64,000 bases of DNA from Candidatus Tiddalikarchaeum anstoanum. GTDB taxonomy: Archaea; Nanobdellota; Nanobdellia; Tiddalikarchaeales; Tiddalikarchaeaceae. Each line of letters begins with the position of its first letter. Position 1 is the stretch's first letter. The notes under the pieces were generated by a model. It was given only the letters and a program-made list of their open reading frames with translations, searched no databases and was not told the DNA's origin. Shown here piece by piece: positions 1 to 10,711 of this stretch. The stretch covers positions 64,114 to 128,113 of the forward strand of contig CABMEV010000010.1 in NCBI GenBank assembly GCA_902385255.1, given 5' to 3'. A program made the position numbers and the translations under genes.

Positions 1-1124
1 TAATAAGTCGTCAAGTATTGTGTTATAATGCATGCATATTAGCGGGAGAGGTATTCGTGCAAAACTGTTCTCGTCAAAAGGTGCAGGCGGGGCTTTTTTA
101 ATCCCATCTATCTGCTCTTCTATCTCGCTAAGCCTGGTTTTCTCATCGCTTAATATTATGTATGCGTTAAAAGGTATTCTTAATATGCTTAATAGTGAAA
201 GTGCAAGATTATTTTCCGCACTGGTTATTCTTTTATTCCACCTAAATAGCTGCGTGTCTGAGAATGATTCGATGCCTAAATCTATCTTTAATAACTTGGC
301 ATACTTTATTATTGATTCCTTGTTTTTCAATACACTGTCAGCCCTCGACAGGAAGTGCGTAGTAATATTTTCTTGTTTGAGGAACCCCATTATTTTAGGG
401 AACCTTGCAGTGTCTGCCAGGAAGTTGTCATCCATGAATACTGCCTGTTTCACTTCCTGATATTTTTGTATTTCTTTAATCCATGATATGACTTTTTCAG
501 CATTCATATATTTCAAGTGAGGATACATTTTTTTAGATTCGCAGAATGAACAGTTCCCGTTGCACCCTCTCGCTGATGAGAGTTCAGCCACTCCGTTTAA
601 ATTGTATTCTTTAAAATCAGGTAATGGCACTGTGTTTAAGTTAAGCGAGCTTTCTCTTGGCATAAAAATAATTTTTCCATCTTCTTTTCTTGCTATTCCT
701 TTAACCCTGGATTCATTGTTGTCTAATATATTGATTGCATATTCAAGAGAGGACTCTTCACCCTCTCCGACGCACACAGCGTTTATTGACTCCTCAGCGA
801 GGAGTTTGTCATAATGCATGCTTGCATGTCCGCCTATTATTATCTTCACATCTGGCAGTTCTTTTTTTATCATCCTGGAACAATAATTTGTTGCATCAAT
901 CTGTGTTGTAAGCGAATTAATTCCGACTATTTTCGGGTTTAATTCCTTGATTTTTTTTATATCTAAGAATTCGTAATTATATCGTTCTAGCCTGTTATCT
1001 GCGTATAATGGCTGCACTATTTGGGATTCAATTTTGTTATGCAAAAAATAAGTGTTTAAGAATTCCAATCCTATACAAGGATGCATGTTTTTCAGGCACC
1101 CGTTATAATTTCTTATTAAGACTA
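1..1124 (-). CDS. B12-binding radical SAM protein (class B), partial. The N-terminus is at 1124 and the C-terminus runs off the window start.
   Basis: Minus-strand translation from ATG (complement of 1122-1124) gives MADIVLIRNYNGCLKNMHPCIGLE...IIIGGHASMH (cobalamin-binding-like) and ...SSARGCNGNCSFCES (CxxxCxxC radical SAM cluster motif, complement of ~541-585). It is not in the ORF track because it is open at the edge. Plus-strand ORFs 32..460 and 560..814 are antisense artefacts. Confidence 0.8.
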
Positions 1125-1178
1125 TATCCGCCATTCTTGGTTTTTTGTTAAAAAAATTCTAATTTTAAATGTTTTCTT

Positions 1179-3698
1179 TTATGCGGACTCGCTTATTGAG
1201 TACTTCTTATAGAACCATTTTTTCATGAGTTCTACAAGTATTATGTATGTTATTACAAATATCACAAGTATGCCCATGAATGATAATGGAGGCGTTACGA
1301 ATCCAAACAATGAACCAATGAACGTGAAAGGTATTAATATTGCCATACTCACCATGATGAGATTATTTAGTATAAGGGACCTGCTTGGTTTGCTTTTGAA
1401 AAAAGGCACTTTGCTTGTCCTGATTGAGAATATTATTATTGTCTGGGTGCAGAACGATTCTATAAACCACGCTGTTTGAAAGAGAGCTGCAGGGGCTTTG
1501 AAGAAGTACAGCATGACGAAGAATGTCAAGAAGTCATATATTGAACTGATTGGTCCAATATAAAACATGAAATCCCTGATGAACTTGGAGTCCAATTTTT
1601 TAGGTTTCGTAATATATTCCTTGTCAACGTTGTCGGAGGGAATAGCTATCTGTGACACATCGTACATTAAGTTGTTCAATAATATCTGTATGGGCAGCAT
1701 TGGCAGGAAAGGCAGGAATAGTGATGCCACTGCGGCGCTGAACATGTTTCCGAAATTGGAGCTTAACCCCATCATTATATATTTCATGGTGTTTCCGAAC
1801 GTTTTTCTGCCCTCTAACACTCCGTCATATAACACTGCCAGGTCCTGCTTCAGAAGTATTATATCAGCAGTCTCTTTTGCTATATCAACGGCGTTGTTAA
1901 CTGATATTCCGACATCTGATGCTTTCATCGAGGGTGCATCGTTTATCCCGTCGCCCATGAATCCTACAACATGATTGTTGGATTTTAATGCGCTGATAAT
2001 CCTCGTCTTCTCTATTGGTGATACTCTTGTAAAAATATTCGCATTTTCAGCCGCGTTTTTTAACGCTTCATCACTCATTGTTTTTATTTCATTCCCGGAA
2101 AGCATATCCTTTATTTTGAACCCTAATTCTGTGCATATCATTCTAGTTACTAGCTCGTTGTCCCCTGTTAGTATCTTTAGTTCGACCCCTGAATTTTGCA
2201 ATTGTTTTATGGAATTCTTTGCACTCTCCTTAGGGGGGTCCATGAAGGCGACGAATCCTACGAACACCATGTCTTTTTCATCATTTACTGAATAACTCTT
2301 TTCCTTGCTGATTTCTTTGTAGGATACTCCTAAAACCCTGAATCCTTTGAGGCTCAAGTACTGGTATATCTTGTCTACTTTATCTTTCGCCTCTTTATTG
2401 AATGGTTTTATTTTTTCATTATTTTCATACTCTTTGCATATGCTTATCACTTCTTCAGGCGCACCTTTTGTTGCTATGAATCTTCTTCCATCTTCAGCAA
2501 CAACTGACACTCTTTTTCTTTTGAAATCAAAAGGTATCTCATCTATTTTTTTGTAATCATCAATGTTTATCTGCTTGTGCTCTATAATTGCTTCATCCAG
2601 TGCGCTTTTCAGCCCCGTCTGGAAATGGCTGTTAATATAGGAGTAGAATAATACTTTGTTATCCTCGTCGCCGTTCGTGTTCACATGCCTGACTAGGGTG
2701 ACCCTGTTCTCAGTTAATGTTCCTGTCTTGTCAGTGCATAATACGTCCATGCTGCCGAAATTTTGTATTGCTGCGAGGCGCTTTACTATAACATCCTTGT
2801 TTTTCATGTTTAATGCACCTTTCGACAAGTTGATTGAGGTTATCATAGGAAGCAGTTCTGGTGTTAATCCGACTGCGAGGGTTATTGCAAATAGCACCGA
2901 GTCTATAAAATCCCTTTTTAGAAGCGTGTTGACTATTACTGTAAATAATACGAGGAAGAATGTGACTTGTGTTATTAAATAGCTGAATCTTTTTAGTCCG
3001 CCTTCAAATTCTGTTTCGGGCCTGAGTGATACGCTTTTTATTATCTCCCCATACTCTGTCTGTTTTCCTGTTTTTACAACAACTACTGCAGCTTCCCCTG
3101 TCGTGACGAAAGTTCCCATGAAGAGATAATTTTTCCATTCTTCGCTTTTTGTGATTTCCGCGCTTTTATCCACTGGGAATGCTTCTCCTGTCAGCGCCGA
3201 CTGGTCCACTGCTAAGTCTTTGCTTTCTATTATCCTGCAGTCTGCAGGTATGATATCTCCCGCGCTCAAATATACTATATCACCAGGCACTATCTCTGAT
3301 ATTTTTATTTCAGTCTTTAGCCCGTTCCTTAATGCTAGCGTTGTTGTCCTTATTCTTTCTTCAAGTTTCTCTGCAGTTTTCTCAGCCCTGAATTCCTGAT
3401 AAGAGTCTAATATTACGCTAAAAAGTATTATTATGAATATTACTACCGAGTTGAACAATTCTTTTAATATTATTGATATTACGCTGACTATTACAAGTAT
3501 CATCACTAATGGGTTTGCAAAATGAGAGAATAAGTCTCCTATTGCCGTCTTTTTCTTTTTAACTATCTCATTGTATCCGTACTTCTTTACCCTCTCTTCA
3601 ACGTCGCTTATTGTGAGCCCGGACTTTGATGTTTCTAATTTTTTTAGAACTTCGCTGATAGGTAAGTGCACGATTTCTTCGGGTTTTAATTCAGCCAT
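1179..3698 (-). CDS. Cation-transporting P-type ATPase (Mg2+/Ca2+-type, P2/P3 family)
   Basis: 839 aa. DKTGTLT phosphorylation motif (CTDKTGTLTEN), TGEA actuator motif, GDGINDAPSMK hinge motif, about 10 TM segments. Confidence 0.9.
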   Translation of the reverse strand: MAELKPEEIVHLPISEVLKKLETSKSGLTISDVEERVKKYGYNEIVKKKKTAIGDLFSHFANPLVMILVIVSVISIILKELFNSVVIFIIILFSVILDSYQEFRAEKTAEKLEERIRTTTLALRNGLKTEIKISEIVPGDIVYLSAGDIIPADCRIIESKDLAVDQSALTGEAFPVDKSAEITKSEEWKNYLFMGTFVTTGEAAVVVVKTGKQTEYGEIIKSVSLRPETEFEGGLKRFSYLITQVTFFLVLFTVIVNTLLKRDFIDSVLFAITLAVGLTPELLPMITSINLSKGALNMKNKDVIVKRLAAIQNFGSMDVLCTDKTGTLTENRVTLVRHVNTNGDEDNKVLFYSYINSHFQTGLKSALDEAIIEHKQINIDDYKKIDEIPFDFKRKRVSVVAEDGRRFIATKGAPEEVISICKEYENNEKIKPFNKEAKDKVDKIYQYLSLKGFRVLGVSYKEISKEKSYSVNDEKDMVFVGFVAFMDPPKESAKNSIKQLQNSGVELKILTGDNELVTRMICTELGFKIKDMLSGNEIKTMSDEALKNAAENANIFTRVSPIEKTRIISALKSNNHVVGFMGDGINDAPSMKASDVGISVNNAVDIAKETADIILLKQDLAVLYDGVLEGRKTFGNTMKYIMMGLSSNFGNMFSAAVASLFLPFLPMLPIQILLNNLMYDVSQIAIPSDNVDKEYITKPKKLDSKFIRDFMFYIGPISSIYDFLTFFVMLYFFKAPAALFQTAWFIESFCTQTIIIFSIRTSKVPFFKSKPSRSLILNNLIMVSMAILIPFTFIGSLFGFVTPPLSFMGILVIFVITYIILVELMKKWFYKKYSISESA

Positions 3699-3723
3699 TC
3701 TGAAATTATTTATATTCGGGAAC

Positions 3724-3731
3724 TTTAAATA
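3724..3731 (+). promoter_or_regulatory. Archaeal TATA-box-like element (TTTAAATA) about 28 nt upstream of the ATG of the receiver gene, suggesting a leaderless transcript
   Basis: Seen in sequence in the divergent intergenic region between the ATPase and the receiver gene. Confidence 0.45.
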
Positions 3732-3755
3732 TTTGTAGTAATTAATCTTTTTATT

Positions 3756-4118
3756 ATGGTTTCTTCAAAGAAGCTTGTTTTAGTTGTTGATGATAATGAA
3801 GATATTCGTTTTCTTGTTAAGACCTGGCTTACAAATGCTGGATTTTCCGTTGTCACCGCTGTTGATGGTGATGATTTAATAAAAAAGTTAGACAAGAATA
3901 TTGATTTGGTGTTGACTGATTTTCACATGCCGGGCCCCGACCCGAAAATAGTACTTGACTCTATTAAGAAGAAAAGTCCAAAGGCAAAAATTATCTATCT
4001 TACGGGCTCCGTTCCTGATGTTATGATTAAAAGTCCAGTTGTTGGTTTTATTTCAAAGCCTGTGGAGGAAGAGGTCTTGATTAAGAAATTAAAAGAATTA
4101 TTCCTTAAAAATAAATAA
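3756..4118 (+). CDS. Single-domain response regulator (receiver/CheY-like)
   Basis: 120 aa. LVVDDNEDIRFLV...LVLTDFHMPG (acidic pocket, phospho-acceptor Asp), conserved K near the C-terminus. No output domain. Confidence 0.85.
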   Translation: MVSSKKLVLVVDDNEDIRFLVKTWLTNAGFSVVTAVDGDDLIKKLDKNIDLVLTDFHMPGPDPKIVLDSIKKKSPKAKIIYLTGSVPDVMIKSPVVGFISKPVEEEVLIKKLKELFLKNK

Positions 4119-4153
4119 TTATTAAAGCTTTGACTGCCTTAACTTGAGGTTTA

Positions 4154-7100
4154 ATGGCTGGATACGATGATTTTACTAGTGAGAAATATTTTAGACTCTT
4201 GTTCGACAAGATGAGTGATGCGGCATTTCTCGCGGATGTCGAGTCCGGACTTTTATTTGATGCTAATTTGTCAGCAGTTAAATTAACAGGCAGAGCGAGA
4301 AGTGAGCTAGTTGGCAAGCATCAGTCTATTCTCCATACTGATAAGAATGAAGGTAAACGGATTTTCAGGGCAGCGATGCTTGAAGGTGCGCCTCACGAGT
4401 TTGAAAGCAGTGTAATCACAAAAAAAGGAAATATAGTTCCTGTTTTAATCACAGTCACTATTATCAAGCTTGATGGCAGAACTTTTGCCTTGGGAATTTT
4501 CAAAGATATCACTGAAATTAAACACGTCGAGACAGAATTATTGAAAGAGAGGGAATGGTCAAACTCGATTATCCACTCAGCTCCAAATATTATTATAGGA
4601 CTTGGCAAGAATTCTAAAATATTAATATTTAATGAGTTTGCAGAAAAACTTACTGGTTATAAGGCTAAAGAAGTCATTGGCAGTAACTGGATTGATATAT
4701 TCATATCTAAAGACAAGCGCAGGGAGATGTATAAATTATGGGAAAACATTGTTGACAAAAAATTGGTCGGGCATCATTATACTAATCCAATAATCCTGAA
4801 GGACAAATCGGAGCGTTTAATTTCATGGAACAACACCTGCTTAACTGAACATGATAAATTTAAGATGGTGCTTTCAATTGGTGAGGACGTTACCGAACGG
4901 GAGAAATTACTAATCCAGTTAAGACAGAGCGAGTATAAGTATCGCAAGATTTTCGATAATTCTCCTGAGATTATCATCCTGCTGGATAATTTCGGCAAAG
5001 TTCTCGATATTAATTATAGTGTCTTTAACGCTATTGGCTATAAACCCAGTGAGGTTATAGGTAAGTTATTCTTCAAGCTGCCTTTTATACCCAAAAAATC
5101 TATGGTAGCAATGAGAGAGAATTTTATCAAACGTGTTAAAGGCGAAGATGTCGGCTCTTATACTGCAGATTTCATAGCGAAAAACGGGCTTACGCATTAT
5201 GGCCAGGTAAATGGCTCCGTAGTCAAGGATGATAATGGAAGAATTATTCGGTCATTAATAACCATACGCGACATTACTGAGATTAAGAATGCTGAGACTG
5301 AATTGGTGGAGAGCGAGCAGAAGCTTTACAGCATTATTAACGGCTCGCTGACGCCCACGTTTGTCATAGGGACTAACCATAAAATATTATACTGGAATTC
5401 AGCTTTGGAAAAATTGAGCGGTCTTACTGCAAGGAAGATGATTGGCACAAATAATCAATGGGTGGTTTTTTACAATAAGAAGAGGCCTGTAATGTCGGAT
5501 TTATTGGTTAATGGAGATTTCAAGGCAGTTCATTCCTGGTATGCTAATAAAGTATCTAAGTCCAGCTTGTTAGCGAATGCGTACGAAGCCATTGATTTCT
5601 TCCCGAAATTAAAAAAGTGGCTGCGATTCGGTGCAGTCCCAATCAAGGACAGCAAAGGCAAACTAATTGGAGCTATTGAAACGTTAGAAGATATTACTGC
5701 AAAAAAGAAATTTGAGGAATTATTGATTAACAGTGAGTCTCGTTTCAAAGCTTTGTTTAATAACATGAAGAGCGGGGTTTCAGTTTATGAGGCAGTTAAT
5801 AATGGTAATGATTTCATTTTTAAGGATTTCAACAAGGCTGCCGAGCGTATCGATAAAATAAGCAAGGCGTCAGTTATTGGGAGGAGTATCTTGAAAGTTT
5901 TCCCTGGAGTTCGCAAGTTTGGATTGTTTGATATCTTTAAACAAGTATACAGGACAGGCGTTCCTAAACATCACCCTATATCATTGTATAAAGATAAAAG
6001 ATTGAACAGTTGGCGTGAGAATTATGTTTACAAGCTTCCTACTGGCGAGATTGTTGCTGTTTTTGATGATGTCACTGAGCAAAAAAAAGCAAATATCGCT
6101 TTAACTTTTAGTGAGGTTCGTTACAGGCGTTTGTTCGAGGCGGCGCGTGACGGAATATTTATACTGGATTATGAAACAGGGAAGATTGTTGACGTAAACC
6201 CTTACATGACCGAGATGCTAGGCTTCACCCACAATGAACTCATTGGCGAGAAGCTTTGGGATCTTGGCTATTTTAAGGATATTATCGCCAGCCGAGCTGC
6301 ATTCAAGATACTGCAGAAGAAAGGTTATATCCATTACGAGAACCTGCCTCTTAAAACTAAGAAAGGTATTATCTTTACTGTCGAATTTGTAAGCAATGTT
6401 TATGATGTTGGCGGCAGAAAAGTTATCCAGTGCAATATTAGGGATATTACTGGCCGTAAAAAGGCTGAAGAGAAGATAGTAAGCCTTGCCAGGTTCCCTA
6501 ATGAGAATCCAAATCCTGTAATGAGGTTTTCAAAGACAGACCTTTTATTTGCCAATAAGCCAGGTCTTGACTTTTTTAAAAAATATGTTGCTTTTTGCAA
6601 AAACCGCAAAGATACCCTTAGAAATCTGATAATTGAATCTTTAAAAAATAATATTAGAAAAGATGCAGAGATTAATCTCGGGGAGAATTATTATTTATTA
6701 TTTTTCATCCCGTTCGTTAATGAAAATTATGTTAATGTATATGCTATTAATATTACAACGCGCAGAAAGGCAGAGGGATTACTGCAGGACAGCGAATCCC
6801 GTTTTAGGGAATTATTCAGCAGTATGGGCAATGGTGTTGCAGTTTACGAAGCGGTTAATGACGGCGCAGATTTCATTTTTAAGGATTTGAACAAGGCAGG
6901 GGAAAGGATTAGCAAGATTAGGAGAAGTAAAGCAGTTGGGCAAAGGCTGACTAAACTATTCCCAAGCATTAAGAAATCAGGGCTGCTGGAAATGTTCACG
7001 CGCGTTTTCAAGACAGGGAAATCTGAAAGAATTCCAGCTGTACTTTATAATGACAAAAATTTAAACCAATGGGTTGATAATTATGTGTATAAACTACCAA

Positions 7101-9550
7101 CAGGAGAATTAATCGTTGTTTATGATGATATTACTGTTCGCAAGAAAATTGAAGATGAATTAAAGGATAGCGAGGAGAAATTCAGAACTCTCATTGAGAA
7201 TGCTTCTGACCAGATTTTTATTATTGATAATAAGTACAGATTTGTATCTGCAAATAAAGTTGTTCTGACACTGTTTAGAAAAACTCCAAACGAAGTAATA
7301 GGAAAACATATTTCTGAAATTTTTCCAAAAGAGATTGCCGCTAAGAATTTAGAGAATCTGAAACATATATTCAAAACAGGCAAAGGAATATTTATTGAAG
7401 AAAAATTGAATATTGGAGGGCATGAATTCTGGGCAAGTTCAAGTCTTAATCCTGTGAAAAATGACGCCGGGCAGGTAACAGCGGTGCAAGGTATTGTTAG
7501 GGATATTACTGAATTGAAAAAAGCTGAAGAAGCTGATAGAGTTAATTTTGAAAACAACAAAGTCCTCTCGGAATCAGCCATTCATCTTATTGAGATATCA
7601 AATGAGGATGACTTGCTTGATTACGTAACAAACCAGGTAAAGATACTGGCAGGAGATGTTGTTGTAGTAACAACCAGTGTTGACATAGAGAACGGCATTG
7701 CTCACATTAAGTCGGTTAAAGGTGTGGATAATTTAGAAAAAATTGCCAAATTATTTAATAAAAATTCTAAAAATATGTATTTTGAATCTCCAAAAAACTC
7801 TAATTTGGAATACAGGACGCCCTCCCTGCAGGAGTTCAAAGGAGGTATTTATGAACTTGCATTAAGGAGAATACCTAAACAAATATGTGATTTGATAAAT
7901 AATTGGCTGAATATAGACAAGATTTACTTGATGGCTTTTATGGTTAAAAAAGAGTTCTTAGGTGATATAATCATAATCACCAGGAGAGGTTCGGAACTGA
8001 AGAATAAAGAAGTAATAACTGCATTAGTCAATCAGTCATCAATTGCGCTGCAGAAAAAAATACTTGAGGAAGATATGAAAAAGAGCGAAGATAAGTATCG
8101 TAACCTAACTGAAAACATAAATGATATTATCTACTCCATGGATGATAAAGGTGTAATCACTTATATAAGCCCCAAGGTTGCATCGTACGGAATTAATCCT
8201 ATGCAGTTAATAGGTAAAAATTTTTCACATATCATATATCGTGATGATTTGCATAATATTTCGAATGATGTAACTACAACACTCAAGACAGGCAAAGAAT
8301 TCATATCTATTTTCAGGGTCCAAAATGATAAAGGGGAATTATTCTGGTTTGAAGACAAAGGAAAAGCTAGAACTGATGATTCAGGCAAGGTAGTTGGCAT
8401 ACTTGGGATAATAAGAGATATTACAGAACGAAGGAAAGCAGAGGAGAATTTGAGAAATTCTGAGGAGGAGTTTAGGACCATATTTGACAGTTCAACGGAT
8501 GGTATTATAGTTGTTGACTTAAATGGTAAAATATTAAAAATTAATAAAAAAATCTTGGAACTAACTGGATATGATGAATCTGACTTTATAGGGAAACTTT
8601 TTACAAGTTTATCTATGATTTCAATAAATGATTTGCCAAATCTTTCAGTCACATTCGCTGGCTATATGTCTAGTTTTACAAAATTAAATGAATTAGCTGA
8701 ATTTGAAATTAATACTCGAAAGGGGGAAAAATTAATCATAGAACTGAAAGCTTCACCATTTATCAAGAATGGCAGGAAAACAGGCATAATTTTAATAATT
8801 AGAGACATTACTGAGCGCAACAAGCTTGGAAAATTAGAATCCGACGCTAAAGTTAATGAAGAATTGAATAAGATGAGAAATGATTTCCTTATGATGATAA
8901 CCCACGAATTGAAGCAGCCATTAACCCCTATAATAGGTTATGCAGGGCTTCTAAAGAATGAAGAATTATCGCGCGTCTCCAGGGATTATGTTGATAAGAT
9001 TATTTCAAGCTCGTACAAAATGAAGGACTTGGTTAACAGCATCCTTACACTGATAAAATTAGAAGCTGGAACACTGGAATTCCACTTCGAAAAATATGAC
9101 TTATCACAAATTATTGTTGACTCATTAGCTGAGAAGACTTCGCTGATTTCATTGAAAAGAATAATTATCTCCAAAGAACTGGATAAAGTCGATGCGGTTT
9201 GCGACTATGAAAGGATTAAGGATACAGTAAATAATCTGATTGAAAACGCTGTAAAATTCTCAAAACCAAATTCTGAAATATATTTAAGATTATGGAAAGA
9301 CAATAATAATGCTTATATAATAGTAAAAGACCACGGTGTAGGAATAAGGAAAGATGATATCCCTAAATTGTTTACTAAATTCTACCAGACTGAAGAAGGT
9401 AGAAAAGAAGGAGGAACAGGGATTGGTCTGGCAATAGTAAAAATGATAATAGACAAACACCATGGTAATGTAAGAGTAAGTAGTGAATATGGCAAAGGTT
9501 CAGAGTTCATAATCTCCCTGCCTTTGAAAGGTGCTGACTATGGCAAGTAA
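4154..9550 (+). CDS. Giant multi-PAS/GAF sensor histidine kinase
   Basis: 1798 aa. About 10 PAS-like modules with repeated ...RDITE(R/L)K(K/N)AE... linkers. H-box MITHELKQPLTPIIGYAGLL. N-box NLIENAVKFS. G1 DHGVGIRKDD. G2 GGTGIGLAIVKMI. Confidence 0.9.
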   Translation: MAGYDDFTSEKYFRLLFDKMSDAAFLADVESGLLFDANLSAVKLTGRARSELVGKHQSILHTDKNEGKRIFRAAMLEGAPHEFESSVITKKGNIVPVLITVTIIKLDGRTFALGIFKDITEIKHVETELLKEREWSNSIIHSAPNIIIGLGKNSKILIFNEFAEKLTGYKAKEVIGSNWIDIFISKDKRREMYKLWENIVDKKLVGHHYTNPIILKDKSERLISWNNTCLTEHDKFKMVLSIGEDVTEREKLLIQLRQSEYKYRKIFDNSPEIIILLDNFGKVLDINYSVFNAIGYKPSEVIGKLFFKLPFIPKKSMVAMRENFIKRVKGEDVGSYTADFIAKNGLTHYGQVNGSVVKDDNGRIIRSLITIRDITEIKNAETELVESEQKLYSIINGSLTPTFVIGTNHKILYWNSALEKLSGLTARKMIGTNNQWVVFYNKKRPVMSDLLVNGDFKAVHSWYANKVSKSSLLANAYEAIDFFPKLKKWLRFGAVPIKDSKGKLIGAIETLEDITAKKKFEELLINSESRFKALFNNMKSGVSVYEAVNNGNDFIFKDFNKAAERIDKISKASVIGRSILKVFPGVRKFGLFDIFKQVYRTGVPKHHPISLYKDKRLNSWRENYVYKLPTGEIVAVFDDVTEQKKANIALTFSEVRYRRLFEAARDGIFILDYETGKIVDVNPYMTEMLGFTHNELIGEKLWDLGYFKDIIASRAAFKILQKKGYIHYENLPLKTKKGIIFTVEFVSNVYDVGGRKVIQCNIRDITGRKKAEEKIVSLARFPNENPNPVMRFSKTDLLFANKPGLDFFKKYVAFCKNRKDTLRNLIIESLKNNIRKDAEINLGENYYLLFFIPFVNENYVNVYAINITTRRKAEGLLQDSESRFRELFSSMGNGVAVYEAVNDGADFIFKDLNKAGERISKIRRSKAVGQRLTKLFPSIKKSGLLEMFTRVFKTGKSERIPAVLYNDKNLNQWVDNYVYKLPTGELIVVYDDITVRKKIEDELKDSEEKFRTLIENASDQIFIIDNKYRFVSANKVVLTLFRKTPNEVIGKHISEIFPKEIAAKNLENLKHIFKTGKGIFIEEKLNIGGHEFWASSSLNPVKNDAGQVTAVQGIVRDITELKKAEEADRVNFENNKVLSESAIHLIEISNEDDLLDYVTNQVKILAGDVVVVTTSVDIENGIAHIKSVKGVDNLEKIAKLFNKNSKNMYFESPKNSNLEYRTPSLQEFKGGIYELALRRIPKQICDLINNWLNIDKIYLMAFMVKKEFLGDIIIITRRGSELKNKEVITALVNQSSIALQKKILEEDMKKSEDKYRNLTENINDIIYSMDDKGVITYISPKVASYGINPMQLIGKNFSHIIYRDDLHNISNDVTTTLKTGKEFISIFRVQNDKGELFWFEDKGKARTDDSGKVVGILGIIRDITERRKAEENLRNSEEEFRTIFDSSTDGIIVVDLNGKILKINKKILELTGYDESDFIGKLFTSLSMISINDLPNLSVTFAGYMSSFTKLNELAEFEINTRKGEKLIIELKASPFIKNGRKTGIILIIRDITERNKLGKLESDAKVNEELNKMRNDFLMMITHELKQPLTPIIGYAGLLKNEELSRVSRDYVDKIISSSYKMKDLVNSILTLIKLEAGTLEFHFEKYDLSQIIVDSLAEKTSLISLKRIIISKELDKVDAVCDYERIKDTVNNLIENAVKFSKPNSEIYLRLWKDNNNAYIIVKDHGVGIRKDDIPKLFTKFYQTEEGRKEGGTGIGLAIVKMIIDKHHGNVRVSSEYGKGSEFIISLPLKGADYGK
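5740..6100 (+). repeat. Internal PAS-domain duplication, copy A, inside the giant kinase
   Basis: aa ESRFKALFNNMKSGVSVYEAVNNGNDFIFKDFNKAAERI...YVYKLPTGEIVAVFDDVTEQKKA is about 60% identical to copy B. Confidence 0.7.
6790..7150 (+). repeat. Internal PAS-domain duplication, copy B
   Basis: aa ESRFRELFSSMGNGVAVYEAVNDGADFIFKDLNKAGERI...YVYKLPTGELIVVYDDITVRKK. Confidence 0.7.
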
Positions 9551-9914
9551 TGAAATAATACATATAGATGATGATGAAGCTATAAGGGATTTGGTTGTTG
9601 CAGTATTAAAAACCGCGAATATTGAAATACTCAGTTTTCCCGATGCTGAAACTGCGCTCCAAAAAATAAAGAGCGGAGATGTGCGGTTGATAATCCTTGA
9701 CATGAAACTGCATAACAAGTTTGAAGGCGAAGACGTGTTAAAATGGCTTTCCGGCGTTAAAAGCAGGATTAAAGTCATAATTTTGACGGCAAACCCTTCT
9801 GAGATTAGCAGTAAATTAAAATCCGAATATTCTTCATTAGTAAGTGAATGTGTTATGAAGCCTTTTGAGCCTAAACTTTTGATTAATGCGGTTAAAAAAG
9901 CAATTGGCAAATAA
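9531..9914 (+). CDS. Single-domain response regulator (receiver only)
   Basis: 127 aa. IHIDDDEAIRDLV...RLIILDMKLHN. The start overlaps the kinase stop by 20 nt, suggesting translational coupling. Confidence 0.8.
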   Translation: MLTMASNEIIHIDDDEAIRDLVVAVLKTANIEILSFPDAETALQKIKSGDVRLIILDMKLHNKFEGEDVLKWLSGVKSRIKVIILTANPSEISSKLKSEYSSLVSECVMKPFEPKLLINAVKKAIGK

Positions 9915-9986
9915 TAACTTGATGGAAAATACTGCTATAATCAATAATAAAGTATTAAAAACGTTATATACTAATTCATAATATAA

Positions 9987-10661
9987 ATGGCTGATTTAAT
10001 ATCTCTCATCTTCAATATTTCATGGATATTGTTAAGTGCGATAACATCAGTTTTTTCTTTCATACTCGCCAAAAAGTTTTGGAAAACAAAACAGAGAATA
10101 TGCTTCCTGCTAATAGCAGTTTCAATGCTTCTTGACTTAATTGCCAATTTTTTCTGGGCTGGAAATTTCATCGTTTACGGAAGCGAGGACTTAATACCTT
10201 ACCCCACATTCATGGATATATTATGGTTTACTTATTATACCCTGTTAGGTTTTGGAGTGTTGACTTACTGGGTTAGCATATACAGGGAAATTTATGAAAA
10301 CATCCCTGTTTTTTGGATTATGATGATTATAGCATTATCTGTTGCATCATGCTTTTTTGCGCCAGTGTTTTTCGGACCCAGTGCAGACATGATTACACAA
10401 ATAGCTGATTCTTTATACATAGGTCTTCCTTTGTTTTCATCACTTAACTGCATACCTCTCCTTCTTTTTTTTAAAGAAGGCAGGTTGTCAAAACCATGGT
10501 TGTATATGGGAATTGCCTTAACCATTAACTTAGCAGCTGAAATTGTCTGGATTATTGAATCTGTTAATGATTTTGGTTCAATTTCTTCAAATATTTTGTA
10601 CGCATTAGGTTATATTTTTATGATAACCTCTTATTGGAAACTTAATAAACTTAATATTTGA
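9987..10661 (+). CDS. Stand-alone 7-TM membrane protein (possible 7TM sensor module)
   Basis: 224 aa with seven predicted hydrophobic helices and no soluble domain. It sits directly upstream of a 7TM histidine-kinase-like gene. Confidence 0.55.
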   Translation: MADLISLIFNISWILLSAITSVFSFILAKKFWKTKQRICFLLIAVSMLLDLIANFFWAGNFIVYGSEDLIPYPTFMDILWFTYYTLLGFGVLTYWVSIYREIYENIPVFWIMMIIALSVASCFFAPVFFGPSADMITQIADSLYIGLPLFSSLNCIPLLLFFKEGRLSKPWLYMGIALTINLAAEIVWIIESVNDFGSISSNILYALGYIFMITSYWKLNKLNI

Positions 10662-10711
10662 ACGCTTTTTGATTACAAATAATTAAAAACTAATGCTTTG
10701 TTATAATCTGT

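Noticed and set aside
32-814. Plus-strand ORFs 32..460 and 560..814 from the track
   Set aside because: They are antisense to a much longer minus-strand reading frame (1..1124) with clear radical-SAM and B12 motifs, and they have no motifs of their own.
1225-3399. Several 60-135-aa plus-strand ORFs inside the P-type ATPase gene. The same class of antisense ORFs recurs inside the giant kinase, topA, aglB, the glycosyltransferases and other genes.
   Set aside because: They are low-complexity translations antisense to strongly supported long genes. An AT-rich genome generates many such spurious frames.
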